Virus record (IMG/VR): IMGVR_UViG_3300012940_001187 | Location: 1 to 59,178 of that record | Origin: a virus | Taxonomy: Duplodnaviria; Caudoviricetes | Length of the DNA stretch: 59,178 bases | Direction: 5' to 3' (one strand) | Shown: positions 47,741 through 57,074 of the stretch, piece by piece | Layout of the letters: each line of letters starts with the position of its first letter | Position numbering within the stretch: the first letter of the stretch is position 1 | Translations under genes and position numbers: made by a program | The notes under the pieces: generated by a model | Told to the model about the DNA's origin: nothing | Databases searched by the model: none | The model's input: only the letters and a program-made list of their open reading frames with translations

Positions 47741-47946
47741 TCCCCCTGCTCCTTCATGCGGGCGACCTTGCCTTCGTACTTTTCGATTTGTTCGAGGCTG
47801 GTGCGGATCGAGTGGTCGAGGGTTCTGATCCGGATGGACTGCTCCCGCAATCCCTCCACGAGGAGTTGCATCCGCCGCTCTTCGAGCCGGCGCTTCTGCT
47901 CCCGGTGCTCTCGCACCTTCGCCTCGTATTTCTCCAGCGTGGTCAT
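47737..47946 (-). CDS. Coiled-coil hypothetical protein
   Basis: Overlaps both neighbours. Confidence 0.6.
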   Translation of the reverse strand: MTTLEKYEAKVREHREQKRRLEERRMQLLVEGLREQSIRIRTLDHSIRTSLEQIEKYEGKVARMKEQGE

Positions 47947-48194
47947 CAGGCTGCGGCGAGGTGCCGCCGGATCGCCTCGCGCAATCCGAAGGCGCGATTC
48001 GTGCCGGCGTAGACAACGGCACCATCGAGCGTGACCGTGCAGTGCACGAACGGCGCGCGGTCATCCGTGCGATTCACCACGATGCCGGCTTCCTGCAGCG
48101 ACTCGCCGATCCGGCCGGCATGCTCGCGAAGCCATCGTCCTTCCGGACTCTGCAAACGGCTGGTTCTGAGTGGGTGTGCTCTCTCCATCGTCAT
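47946..48194 (-). CDS. Hypothetical protein
   Basis: First gene after promoter at 48286-48319. Confidence 0.55.
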   Translation of the reverse strand: MTMERAHPLRTSRLQSPEGRWLREHAGRIGESLQEAGIVVNRTDDRAPFVHCTVTLDGAVVYAGTNRAFGLREAIRRHLAAA

Positions 48195-48285
48195 CCCCCG
48201 TTACCCCTTGAGTTCCATAAATTGTTTTTTACGGAACTATTGAGGTGAAATAAAAAGCCGGCTCCGTTCCGGCCTGGATGCCATG

Positions 48286-48319
48286 AGTGTAGTTATACAC
48301 TCGCAATTAGTCAAGACTT
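48286..48319 (-). promoter_or_regulatory. Promoter of the repeated family
   Basis: AAGTCTTGACT-17-TACACT. Confidence 0.6.
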
Positions 48320-48454
48320 GATATCGGAATCAATACCACTGAGAGCAAGTGCGACGAGGGCGGCGATGACGATGCCCGTGACCAGGAACGGCAGTGGCGC
48401 AACCAGGACAACCACGGCGAGCAGCAGCACCGGACCGGGCGCCGCCCGTCTCAT
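48311..48454 (-). CDS. 47-aa hydrophobic membrane peptide (absent from ORF track)
   Basis: MRRAAPGPVLLLAVVVLVAPLPFLVTGIVIAALVALALSGIDSDIKS; ATGA overlap. Confidence 0.55.
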   Translation of the reverse strand: MRRAAPGPVLLLAVVVLVAPLPFLVTGIVIAALVALALSGIDSDIKS

Positions 48455-49050
48455 GATCGCCACCGAGCCGCAGCCCCGGATTGGGTGCCTGTCAGATCGA
48501 AGAGCGCCGGCTGCTCGACCGCTTCGCCCAATCCGGCAAAGAACGACGGCATGTCATGGAGCGATTTTGCCGGGATGATGTGATTGAGGGGCAGATGATC
48601 GGCGAGCCGGCCGACCCCGTAGGTCTTTGCTTCCTCATCCTCGATCCAGCCGAGCAACTCGACATGATCGGGATCGTGGAAGAGCGCGAGCACATAGAGA
48701 TCCGGATGCACGTTCGACGATGGTGAAACCGCGAGATTCGGCAACCCCCGGGCTACCTCGCGTGCAGTCACGACATCGACTCGCACCGGTTTTCCGCGGA
48801 ATATCAGCCGAAAATTCCCTCGACGGGTGCCATGTTGGAGAATGCGGACATCCATCGGCTCGCGGACTTCCCGCGCGAATTGGCGCTCACCACAGAGCCC
48901 GATGAGCTCGTATTCCTCCGAGAGTTTTCGCTGGCTGGCCTTCCCGCGGTGCATCGCAGTCCGTGTCTTCGCCAACATCCGGAGTTGCTCGATATCCGGC
49001 AACCCCAACTCGCGATCGATCAATTCGTAAATCGTTGACGGCTGATTCAT
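48451..49050 (-). CDS. Hypothetical protein, possible degenerate nuclease fold
   Basis: GLCGE...VDV...DLYVL...LLGW; ATGA overlap. Confidence 0.6.
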   Translation of the reverse strand: MNQPSTIYELIDRELGLPDIEQLRMLAKTRTAMHRGKASQRKLSEEYELIGLCGERQFAREVREPMDVRILQHGTRRGNFRLIFRGKPVRVDVVTAREVARGLPNLAVSPSSNVHPDLYVLALFHDPDHVELLGWIEDEEAKTYGVGRLADHLPLNHIIPAKSLHDMPSFFAGLGEAVEQPALFDLTGTQSGAAARWRS

Positions 49051-49388
49051 GCGCTTTTCCGTTCCTCCCTCGCTTGTGCCTCCAGGCGATCCATGTACGA
49101 CCGGCCAGTCTTGGCAACGAATTCCCAACAGCGGCGCGCCTTCGGTGATGCCTGTCGGTAGAGCGGGACAGAGAGCAGGAGCGTTTTGGCCCAGGTGGTG
49201 TAGAGCCACTCACCGCTCATCGAAAAGAGCGGGTCGCTGGCGTACTCCGCCGAAATCGCATCGACCAGGAGTGTCCATTTGTATTGTTCGCAGTCTCGAA
49301 GATGCGCCCAAGGGAGAACTGGCCGCTGGCTGGCCACTGCATGTGCGTTTCGTAGCACCGAGGCGAGGTTGTGATATGGAGCGCTCAT
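49047..49388 (-). CDS. Hypothetical protein
   Basis: GGAGG SD before ATG 49388. Confidence 0.6.
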   Translation of the reverse strand: MSAPYHNLASVLRNAHAVASQRPVLPWAHLRDCEQYKWTLLVDAISAEYASDPLFSMSGEWLYTTWAKTLLLSVPLYRQASPKARRCWEFVAKTGRSYMDRLEAQAREERKSA

Positions 49389-49476
49389 GGGTCCTCCGGT
49401 CCGTCTCCGGCGGCGTCCGCGTGTTCCAGATAATATATTTTTTGGAACTCTGCTGACAAGCACAAATGTGCGAGTA

Positions 49477-50352
49477 TCAGGCGCCTCGCATGCTCCGGCG
49501 CGTGTGCTTCTGCTTGCGCAACTCTTCGATCCAGGTGACCGCCTGATCGAACGAGAGCATTTCCGGAGCGGAGACGCGGAAGCGTTGCTGCAACTCGGCG
49601 ACGACTGCCGCTTGACTCATGCGGAGATCCGAAACCAACCCGCCAAGGATCGCCAGCTGGCGATCGCTCGCGGCCGGGCCGCTCCCGGATTGAGTCGTCT
49701 CGTCGATCACCGCCTCATATTTCCCTGCCTGCAGATCACGGATGCATGCCTGCGCTTCGAGTGCGGTCAGCTCGGAGAGCGGCTTTCCATACCCGCGCCG
49801 GGCCACGCCCTCGGGGAGGATGCCGGCACGTTGGCACAAGGAGGTGATGGCGCCGATCTGCTCCTCGGTAATGCCGGCCGCGACATTCGCCGGTTGGGCC
49901 GTCTGCTGGGGAGCCGATCTCCTTGCCGGGGCTTTCACTTCCTGACTGTCATGGCCGGCATAGACCGAGCTCGTCGGATCGATCGGCACGCCGAACATCT
50001 CGGCCGCCTTCTTCACTCCATCGCTGATCACGCCTTTCATCAAATCCTCGCCGCGCGCCGCGACCGTCACGAGCTGGACGCCCATGTGCTCGCGCGATCC
50101 GAGCGCCGGGATTGTGAGCCGGATCACGCCACGCACGAGCAAACGATCATTGCCGTTATCGGTCTGGCCGTATGGGATCACCTCGTGACTGACGACCTCG
50201 TCATGCCACTCCCCCACAACCGCATTGAGCCGCTCGATAACATCGTCGTACTCGATGTATTTCACTCCCGTCTGCTTGACCTTTTTGATCTGATCCGGCC
50301 GAAACGGTTTCTTCAGCTCGGCATAGAGCTGGCGTTGTTCTTCGGTGAGCAT
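49477..50352 (-). CDS. Rad52/22-family (Sak-like) single-strand annealing protein
   Basis: LKKPF, YI...VIERLNAVVGEW, KGVISDGVKKAAEMFGV. Confidence 0.85.
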   Translation of the reverse strand: MLTEEQRQLYAELKKPFRPDQIKKVKQTGVKYIEYDDVIERLNAVVGEWHDEVVSHEVIPYGQTDNGNDRLLVRGVIRLTIPALGSREHMGVQLVTVAARGEDLMKGVISDGVKKAAEMFGVPIDPTSSVYAGHDSQEVKAPARRSAPQQTAQPANVAAGITEEQIGAITSLCQRAGILPEGVARRGYGKPLSELTALEAQACIRDLQAGKYEAVIDETTQSGSGPAASDRQLAILGGLVSDLRMSQAAVVAELQQRFRVSAPEMLSFDQAVTWIEELRKQKHTRRSMRGA

Positions 50353-50394
50353 TCCCCTTCTCTCTCTTCTCCCGCCTAGATCGGCGGATCATCG

Positions 50395-50766
50395 TCATTC
50401 GTAATTGGCGCTCGCCGGCGAGGCACCGAGCACAACCACCTCATTCGCCGTCACATCGAGCGACGTCCGCGTCGTTCCCTCCCGGTCCTGATACTCGCGC
50501 GCCTCGAACGCCCCCTCGACAATGACCTGACGACCCTTCACCAGGTGTCCCTGGGCGACGAGGCGGTCGAGCGTTTCGGCAAGTCGCCCCCAGGCGGTGA
50601 CGCGAAACCAGTTCGTCGTCTCGACGAGATTGCCCTCGTTGTCGGTCCGGCGCCGGGTTACCGCCATACTGAACTGCACGTTCATGCGGCCGTTTGGCGT
50701 ATAGCGAGTCTCCGGTTCCCTTCCGAGATTTCCTACGAGTGTGATCGACGCGATCGCGGCCATCAT
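50395..50766 (-). CDS. ssb: Single-stranded DNA-binding protein
   Basis: LVGNLGREPETRYTPNG, TNWFRVTAW, KG...VEG. Confidence 0.95.
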   Translation of the reverse strand: MMAAIASITLVGNLGREPETRYTPNGRMNVQFSMAVTRRRTDNEGNLVETTNWFRVTAWGRLAETLDRLVAQGHLVKGRQVIVEGAFEAREYQDREGTTRTSLDVTANEVVVLGASPASANYE

Positions 50767-50797
50767 CCGTTTCCTTTCTCCGATCTCGTCACATGAT

Positions 50798-50832
50798 AAG
50801 TATATTTATATACTCATAGTTAGTCAATACTT
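50798..50832 (-). promoter_or_regulatory. Promoter of the repeated family, upstream of ssb
   Basis: AAGTATTGACT-17-TATACTT. Confidence 0.8.
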
Positions 50833-50886
50833 ATGCAATACCAGCGAGACTGCGACGGTGCTCTTCAGGGCCGATTCGATGCGGTA

Positions 50887-51423
50887 TTAGGAGGATTTGT
50901 TCTTGGTGGTCGGGACGATCTCGAGGTCGCCGTGCTGGAGCGCCAGGATCAATTGATTGACGTCTCCATCACTGCTCCCATGCGGACCGCGTGTCCGGCG
51001 AAAGCCGAACTCCGCTGCCGTCCTGCGCAGCCAGTCGAGCCCATCCGCCGAAATCGTGATGGTCCGTTTCGGCTCGGAGCTCGGCCGGTATTTCCGGTCA
51101 GCCTGAGACGGGCGGGACGAGACGATCTGCTGCACTCGCTGTTTCGAGAGATTGACCTGATCGGCAATTTCGGAGACGGAGAGACCCTGGTCGCGCAGCT
51201 CATAGATGCGGCGTCGCTGGCGAAGTATTTCATCGGACTCTCGTCGCTGCGGCTGAGCATAGGCCTTCACGGTGCTGACCGAGAGTTTCATGGCTGCGGC
51301 GATATCTTCGTAGGAATACCCCTGCTGGCGCAGTTGGGCAATGCGCTCACGCCGCGCGTCCTTTTCTTCCGGCGAGAGCGAGAGCGGCGACATCGGCGGC
51401 CTTCGTCGAGGTACGGGCAACAT
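50887..51423 (-). CDS. Double-HTH DNA-binding protein
   Basis: GYSYEDIAAAMKLSVSTV and GLSVSEIADQVNLSKQRVQQI. Confidence 0.8.
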   Translation of the reverse strand: MLPVPRRRPPMSPLSLSPEEKDARRERIAQLRQQGYSYEDIAAAMKLSVSTVKAYAQPQRRESDEILRQRRRIYELRDQGLSVSEIADQVNLSKQRVQQIVSSRPSQADRKYRPSSEPKRTITISADGLDWLRRTAAEFGFRRTRGPHGSSDGDVNQLILALQHGDLEIVPTTKNKSS

Positions 51424-51482
51424 CAGGTCAACTCCTTAATCCTCATGGATCAATCCGTCTCGCGTCAACATCGGTGCGGCGA

Positions 51483-51776
51483 TCAGTCACGCCCGTGGGC
51501 CATCAGCCATTCGAGCGGGGTCATTGCCCCCTTCTTGGCATTGCAGGCCCGGCACGCCGGCGCGATGTTCGTCGTCGCGTGAAGGCCACCGCGGCTGACC
51601 GGAATGATGTGATCCTTCGTTCGCTCTTTGGCGTCCGCTCGAAGCCCGATCATGCGATTGCAGTACGCACAGCGCCCGTTGAAGTAGTGTCGATACATCT
51701 CGACCCAGTCGGCGTATCGAAGCATGGTGATTCCGGCCGCACGCCGGCTGGCCTGCCGCGCCGGTGCGGAGCTCAT
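51483..51776 (-). CDS. HNH endonuclease
   Basis: CAYC, DHIIPVSRGG, N, CRACNAKKG. Confidence 0.9.
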   Translation of the reverse strand: MSSAPARQASRRAAGITMLRYADWVEMYRHYFNGRCAYCNRMIGLRADAKERTKDHIIPVSRGGLHATTNIAPACRACNAKKGAMTPLEWLMAHGRD

Positions 51777-52405
51777 TCCTCAGCGCCGTCAATGACATGC
51801 GTGACCCCGCGCGCCCAGCAGCCACGCCGCTGCGAAAGATCGGCCGGGTATGGCTCAACTCCGTCAGGCGTTACGATGGTGCAGCGATCGAGCCGAACCA
51901 TCACGCCATCCGGTACCACGAGCGGGCGCTCCCAGCCGAACACGGCTTCCTTCCCGAGCACGACCGCGGGCCCCGGAATCTCCGAGACCGGAACGGCTCC
52001 TTTGGTCGAGCTGTCGAGCGGGACCAATCGCCAGATCGTGCGACCATCGTTCCGGGCCATGGCCTCTTCCGGCAGGGTGCGCGTCGTCGCCATCTGCAGA
52101 AGCATCGTATCGATCTGCTGCGCAAGGAGGCCGGCCTCCTGAGCGAAAGCGATCGTCTGCTTGAGCGCTTCGCGAAGATCCTCATCGCCGTACCCGTGCC
52201 GGGAGGACGCGAGGGATGCGCGCACGACACGAACCGTTTCGGCGGCATGCGCCATCGCCACCGCCGGCGATACCGCCGCGCTTACGGAGGTCCCGGCCGT
52301 GAAGTCGGCGATTCCGATCTCGATCGATCCGTCGACCTGATCGACGATCGGCCGGGATCGAGATTCGGCGGCATTGGATTTGGCAGCACGCCGCAGGAGA
52401 GGCAT
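51773..52405 (-). CDS. Hypothetical protein
   Basis: AAGGAG SD before ATG 52405. Confidence 0.6.
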   Translation of the reverse strand: MPLLRRAAKSNAAESRSRPIVDQVDGSIEIGIADFTAGTSVSAAVSPAVAMAHAAETVRVVRASLASSRHGYGDEDLREALKQTIAFAQEAGLLAQQIDTMLLQMATTRTLPEEAMARNDGRTIWRLVPLDSSTKGAVPVSEIPGPAVVLGKEAVFGWERPLVVPDGVMVRLDRCTIVTPDGVEPYPADLSQRRGCWARGVTHVIDGAEE

Positions 52406-52418
52406 GGCATTACGCTCC

Positions 52419-54260
52419 TTACACGTTCCGGCGAGGCGCCGGCTGGATATCCTCGAATCGACGTGAAGCAGGCTGGAATTTGAAGGGATGCGCCGTGCGC
52501 TTGCCGAGGTCATCGAAGCGCAGCTTTTTCACATAGACGATCGTGGCCGAATCGGCATCGTCGAGGTCCCGCCAGAGGCTCAGGATGAAGTCCGGCTTGT
52601 TCGCGAAATTGGCGGTTCCGGACATGTCGTACGGCTCGATCACCGGATAACGACCGTCACTGTCCATGCGCACTTTGGTGGGATGGACGACGAGCCAGAC
52701 GTGCACGTCGTACTCCTGTCCGAAAGCGCGGAGCAGCGACGTCGCCCAGGCGTAGTACTCCTGCTCGTTCATCCGGTCCGGCCGGTTGTGTTCGAGCTCG
52801 GTCCACGGGTCGATCACAAGTCCGGTGATCCCGTATCGCAGCTTGGCGATCGTAGCCCGCTCGATAATCGACGGCACCGTTTTCTGGGCCGGCAGCAGGA
52901 AGAGAAATCGCTCGCGAAGATAGCGGTGCGCTTCTTCAGCCTCCGCCCAGGTCATCCGGTTCGGCCACGGGTTGCCATCGGAGTCGAGCTTGTCGAACGG
53001 CTTGCCGACGTGAATCGCGGCAAGTGCACCCTCATGACGCTCGAGCGGTTGCTGCTCCGGTGAGCAGATGGCGATGATCCCGCCCCGATACCGCGCCTCC
53101 TGGTAGATCAGGTTGTCGAGCCAGGTGCTCTTGCCGACCGACGGGATGCCGGTGACCGCGGTAAAGAGCCCCGGCTCCGGCCGGTAGACGAGGTCAAATC
53201 CCGTCCATTCGGTCGGGATGATCACGACATCTCGCTCGTAGCGCGCGCGGAACTTGTCGAAAATGTCGTCGAGCGGAATCAGGCCCTCGACCGGGATCGG
53301 CCGCGCCTCCTCGATGCAGGCGCGGAGATAGTCCTCGCCGCCGTTGACGAGCGCCTCGTTGGCGTCTTTGATCCCATCGGGCCAATGCACCACGTAGCAG
53401 CGCGCTTTGCCGAGCCGAATCGCCAGCTCGTCGGCTAGCTTCCGCCCGGGTGCGTCGGCATCAGTGGCGATGATGATGCGCTTGATCGGGGTAAGCAGCG
53501 ATTCGACGTAGTCGTCGTCGAGATAGGCGAAGCGTGCGGGGCTGAGTTGCTCATCAGGATTCGGCGCGCCGTTCGGCACGCTGATGACCGCGGTAAATCC
53601 GGACTGCAATAGCGACAGCGCGTCGATTTCGCCTTCGACGATGATGCAGGTATCCGCGTCCTTCAGCGAATCGAGGTTGTAAAAAGTCAACTCGGCTTTC
53701 GGCTCGAGCCGGAACTCCTTTTCGTCGAGGCGCCGGTATTTCGTGTTGACGAGCTTGTCGTTTTTGATATAGCGAAACGCCGCCGTCAATCGCCGCGGGT
53801 AGATCGGCTTTCCGTTTTCACCAAGCTTCGCCTTTCCATCCGGCCCCGCTTCCGGAAGCACCCAGGTTGTCACCGGGACGACACCGGCGCGCAGGAGGGT
53901 GTGCTCGGCTATCCCGCGGTTGGCAAACCATGTGCCGAACAGCTGGGCGGCCGCATCGCTGAGATCGGGATTCGGCTCGTCCGGCCGCCGGTAGTCCTTT
54001 CGTTCAGGCACCGGCTGTGGCCTCACGGCTCGCCCGTTCCCGCCGGCAAACCCGTTCTGCGCACGCTTGATCACGCCTCGCCAACCGCAGTGCCAGCAAT
54101 GCCACACTCCCTCATCGACATTCACGCTCAGGCAGCGCTCGTATGATTTCTTCCGCTGGCCCGAGCACACCGGACAGATCGTCTTGATTTCCCCAGAAGC
54201 CCCGAAAGGGATCGGTATTCCCGCTTCAGCCCACGAACCGTAGGACGCCGTCTCGCCCAT
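52419..54260 (-). CDS. Primase-helicase (T7 gp4/Twinkle-like)
   Basis: CPVC...CWHC zinc ribbon, EGEIDA and DAD TOPRIM, GIPSVGKST Walker A, VIDPW. Confidence 0.93.
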   Translation of the reverse strand: MGETASYGSWAEAGIPIPFGASGEIKTICPVCSGQRKKSYERCLSVNVDEGVWHCWHCGWRGVIKRAQNGFAGGNGRAVRPQPVPERKDYRRPDEPNPDLSDAAAQLFGTWFANRGIAEHTLLRAGVVPVTTWVLPEAGPDGKAKLGENGKPIYPRRLTAAFRYIKNDKLVNTKYRRLDEKEFRLEPKAELTFYNLDSLKDADTCIIVEGEIDALSLLQSGFTAVISVPNGAPNPDEQLSPARFAYLDDDYVESLLTPIKRIIIATDADAPGRKLADELAIRLGKARCYVVHWPDGIKDANEALVNGGEDYLRACIEEARPIPVEGLIPLDDIFDKFRARYERDVVIIPTEWTGFDLVYRPEPGLFTAVTGIPSVGKSTWLDNLIYQEARYRGGIIAICSPEQQPLERHEGALAAIHVGKPFDKLDSDGNPWPNRMTWAEAEEAHRYLRERFLFLLPAQKTVPSIIERATIAKLRYGITGLVIDPWTELEHNRPDRMNEQEYYAWATSLLRAFGQEYDVHVWLVVHPTKVRMDSDGRYPVIEPYDMSGTANFANKPDFILSLWRDLDDADSATIVYVKKLRFDDLGKRTAHPFKFQPASRRFEDIQPAPRRNV

Positions 54261-54309
54261 TGACTCGTTTCCCCTCTCGTTACTTCGAACCTGATTGCCG
54301 TTGCGCGAA

Positions 54310-54343
54310 AAGTATATCTATACGCTTCTATTCGTCAATACTT
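54310..54343 (-). promoter_or_regulatory. Promoter of the repeated family, upstream of primase-helicase
   Basis: AAGTATTGACG-16-TATACTT. Confidence 0.75.
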
Positions 54344-55231
54344 CTACGAAGGCGAACCGCCACCATAACGCTGCTCGATGTTCGCGTAGGCAGCTTTCGC
54401 GGCCGATTTGCTCGGAGAAAGCGCGTCAGGATGCATGGCCACGCGCGGAGAACTCGGTCCGTATTTGTGCATCAGTTCGTAATAGGTGAGATCGGTGTCT
54501 TCGATGCCGGTGCGGTAGCCGTTCGGATGCCAGCCCGGTTTGCCGGATGGCCCGCTCGCCTGGGCGTAGAGTGTCTTGGAGACGTAATCGATCGGTTTTC
54601 CGGCGCCATTGACGCTGGCTCGCATCAATGCCCGCACCAGGTTGGCTCCACCGTGCTTTTTCAGCAGGGCGGCCAGCCGGGGATAGGGCGGCGAGGCGGC
54701 GAAGAGATCCTGATAGGTCTCGGCAACGATGCGTAGCTTGCCCTGATGCTCGGTCTCCTGCTCGATGCGATCGGTCACGCGCTGGAGGTAGCCGCCGGCC
54801 GTCTCGTTATCCGGGGATGAATCGACATTAGCCACCGGCGCGGACTGCTCCGGCGGAGTCGCGGCTTCGGGCGTCTCCACCGCATGGTTCGGCTGGCCAC
54901 GGTAGACGGGATCGAGCTGACTGAGATCGGCGCCGGCAAACGGCAGGAGCGTGTAGCGATTCCACAGCTGGCGGCCGGTCTCTTTGTCGTATTGCCGGGT
55001 GATGTCGATCAGTCGAGCCGCACGTAATGCACGGCACGCGCGGCGAAAGGTCACGCTCGAGATACGGATTTCCCGGCAAATCTCTTTGACGCTGGTCGTT
55101 GCTTCTCCGCGAGCATTGGTGCGCGCGATCAGAGCGAGGTACACGTGCACGACCGCCTGCGGAGCGTGTCTTTGCAACGCGCGGGTATCCGCCTTGCCGA
55201 GCGCGTAGTACGGCTCACGGGACCGGGACAT
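54344..55231 (-). CDS. Winged-HTH replication initiator-like protein
   Basis: VYLAL...SVKEICREIRISSVTFRRACRAL...NRYTL; C-terminal KPIDYV. Confidence 0.7.
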   Translation of the reverse strand: MSRSREPYYALGKADTRALQRHAPQAVVHVYLALIARTNARGEATTSVKEICREIRISSVTFRRACRALRAARLIDITRQYDKETGRQLWNRYTLLPFAGADLSQLDPVYRGQPNHAVETPEAATPPEQSAPVANVDSSPDNETAGGYLQRVTDRIEQETEHQGKLRIVAETYQDLFAASPPYPRLAALLKKHGGANLVRALMRASVNGAGKPIDYVSKTLYAQASGPSGKPGWHPNGYRTGIEDTDLTYYELMHKYGPSSPRVAMHPDALSPSKSAAKAAYANIEQRYGGGSPS

Positions 55232-55532
55232 AGCCTGAGACCTCGGCAAGCACGCCGTCGGCGGTCATGTCACTGACCAGCATCGCCACAAGATAGGTCG
55301 ACATGCCGGTGTCGGCGGCAATCTCCTCAACTGCTGGCATGCGCGCGTGCAGTGACGATGCGAGCGCGTAGCACGCGAGCACGGCGAGTCCTTCGACCCC
55401 AAACGTCTCGAGCACGTAGCGCATCGTCGCGCCCGGCAGGATCGCGACGTCCTGCCCCCGCACGTCAACAACGGCGATTCGGTCTCCATCCTGCGTTGGC
55501 ATCTGGGTGAGCCTCTCGTGTGCGAACGTCAT
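55215..55532 (-). CDS. HTH protein
   Basis: PAVEEIAADTGMSTYLV. Confidence 0.55.
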   Translation of the reverse strand: MTFAHERLTQMPTQDGDRIAVVDVRGQDVAILPGATMRYVLETFGVEGLAVLACYALASSLHARMPAVEEIAADTGMSTYLVAMLVSDMTADGVLAEVSGYVPVP

Positions 55533-55780
55533 CCCCGCCCGAGAGCATACAATATCTGGAACTCACTTTGTAACCAAAAAATACCACTGGCGAATTCCAT
55601 CCAATCTCGATTCGGTGCGTAGCACCGTTCTCCATTCTTTCTTCTTCTCCAATTGCCTGTAACGAGCAGATACCCTCCCGAAGTAAAGCTTCAGATACCC
55701 TCACCCGGTATATTTGGATGTCACCGCGAATGAAAAAATGCGCCACTACTGGGGAGAAATTCATAGAACGGATGATCTGC

Positions 55781-55816
55781 AAGTGTTGACAACGATCAAT
55801 GTTTACAGACATACTT
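55781..55816 (+). promoter_or_regulatory. Variant of the repeated promoter, facing the repressor
   Basis: AAGTGTTGACA-18-CATACTT. Confidence 0.5.
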
Positions 55817-55929
55817 ATGGTGTCTCTCACGTGTGCAAACACGCAAAGAGTCATCCCCAAGAGCCCGGTCGCTCCGTCACCTAATGCGATCGGGCTCTCA
55901 CCATTTTCTCCAGTTTCCTGCTCGGATGT

Positions 55930-56193
55930 TCAAGGCGATCGTGACAGGATGACGGTGGCGAATCGCGTGCCTTCCTCCGTATCGATCTCCACCGGCCACC
56001 GGGCGACGAGGTGCCAGTCCTGGCGCTCCAACCCGTCGACAAACGCCCGGGCAATCCGGTCACGCGCCTCAACAGACTCACCCCAGCAAACCGTCAATCG
56101 AGAATCGACGCCGGATATGCCGCGATGCACGATTTGACCTAATTGCCCCCGGGATAACGCCGACACCAGGTCGTCAACCGGCGCCATATTCAT
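55930..56193 (-). CDS. Hypothetical protein divergent from repressor
   Basis: GAGAGGA SD. Confidence 0.55.
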   Translation of the reverse strand: MNMAPVDDLVSALSRGQLGQIVHRGISGVDSRLTVCWGESVEARDRIARAFVDGLERQDWHLVARWPVEIDTEEGTRFATVILSRSP

Positions 56194-56365
56194 GTCCTCT
56201 CCCTAACGGGAACGCACGGACCGGAAATCGAAAACCGCGCGTGGTACCGCTATGTGTTCCAGAAAAAACCTGCTATAGTGCCAAATGGTGACCTTGGCGT
56301 TCCAGAAAATCAGATGCCCAGGGGGACACCAGATAACAGGAGATGACGATAGAGAGGGACGGAGG

Positions 56366-57022
56366 ATGGCTGAGAATCGCCCGACCGACACATCACAATC
56401 CCCGCGGAATCGCGGGCGAGGGCGACCGCCCATGGTCCTAAGCCAGGAAGAGCGCATCCGCATCGCGCGCTGGCAGCGGTGGCTACTCGAACTCTTTGAA
56501 ATCAAACAGCTCGACATGACGAAGCTCGCCGAGATGGTCGGAACGTCCCGGGCAGTGATCAACAGATACCTGCTCCCGCCAAGTTCGCCGTCGTTCCGCC
56601 GTGTGACGCATACCGCCGCCCTGAATATTGCGCGAGCGCTCAACGTCGATCCGGCTATACCGCTCGGTATCCTCGGTCTTCTCCCGGGAAAACAGCGCGA
56701 GGCCACACTGAAGAAGGATGCTTTGGCGCTCGTCGAGTACCTGCCCGATGAGGTCCTCGTTTTTCTCGTGCCGGTCATGCGTGCCCTCGTCCAGAATCAG
56801 GTCCAGGAGAAAATTCACGCGGATCTCCTCAACCTGATGCGGTCCGGGTCGGGCATCGCCGATCTCTCGGTCGAAGAGCACCAGGCGGTTGACGCGCTCC
56901 GCGTGCCCACGGCCTGGCGCCAAGGTGCCGACGATTGGGGCGATGACGGCGATGACGAGGAACTGCAAGACGACGATCCCAGCCTGACTCAAACCACCCA
57001 CCCCCAGTCTGGAACGAATTAG
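56366..57022 (+). CDS. XRE-type HTH protein, probable immunity repressor
   Basis: LDMTKLAEMVGTSRAVINRYL...IARALNV; GGAGG SD; next to integrase. Confidence 0.75.
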   Translation: MAENRPTDTSQSPRNRGRGRPPMVLSQEERIRIARWQRWLLELFEIKQLDMTKLAEMVGTSRAVINRYLLPPSSPSFRRVTHTAALNIARALNVDPAIPLGILGLLPGKQREATLKKDALALVEYLPDEVLVFLVPVMRALVQNQVQEKIHADLLNLMRSGSGIADLSVEEHQAVDALRVPTAWRQGADDWGDDGDDEELQDDDPSLTQTTHPQSGTN

Positions 57023-57035
57023 AACACGTGTTCTA
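57020..57035 (+). promoter_or_regulatory. LexA (SOS) box upstream of integrase
   Basis: Perfect palindrome TAGAACACGTGTTCTA adjoining a TATGAT hexamer. Confidence 0.85.
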
Positions 57036-57074
57036 TTATGATATGCAATTACTGGACTGTAAAGGGGATGAACG

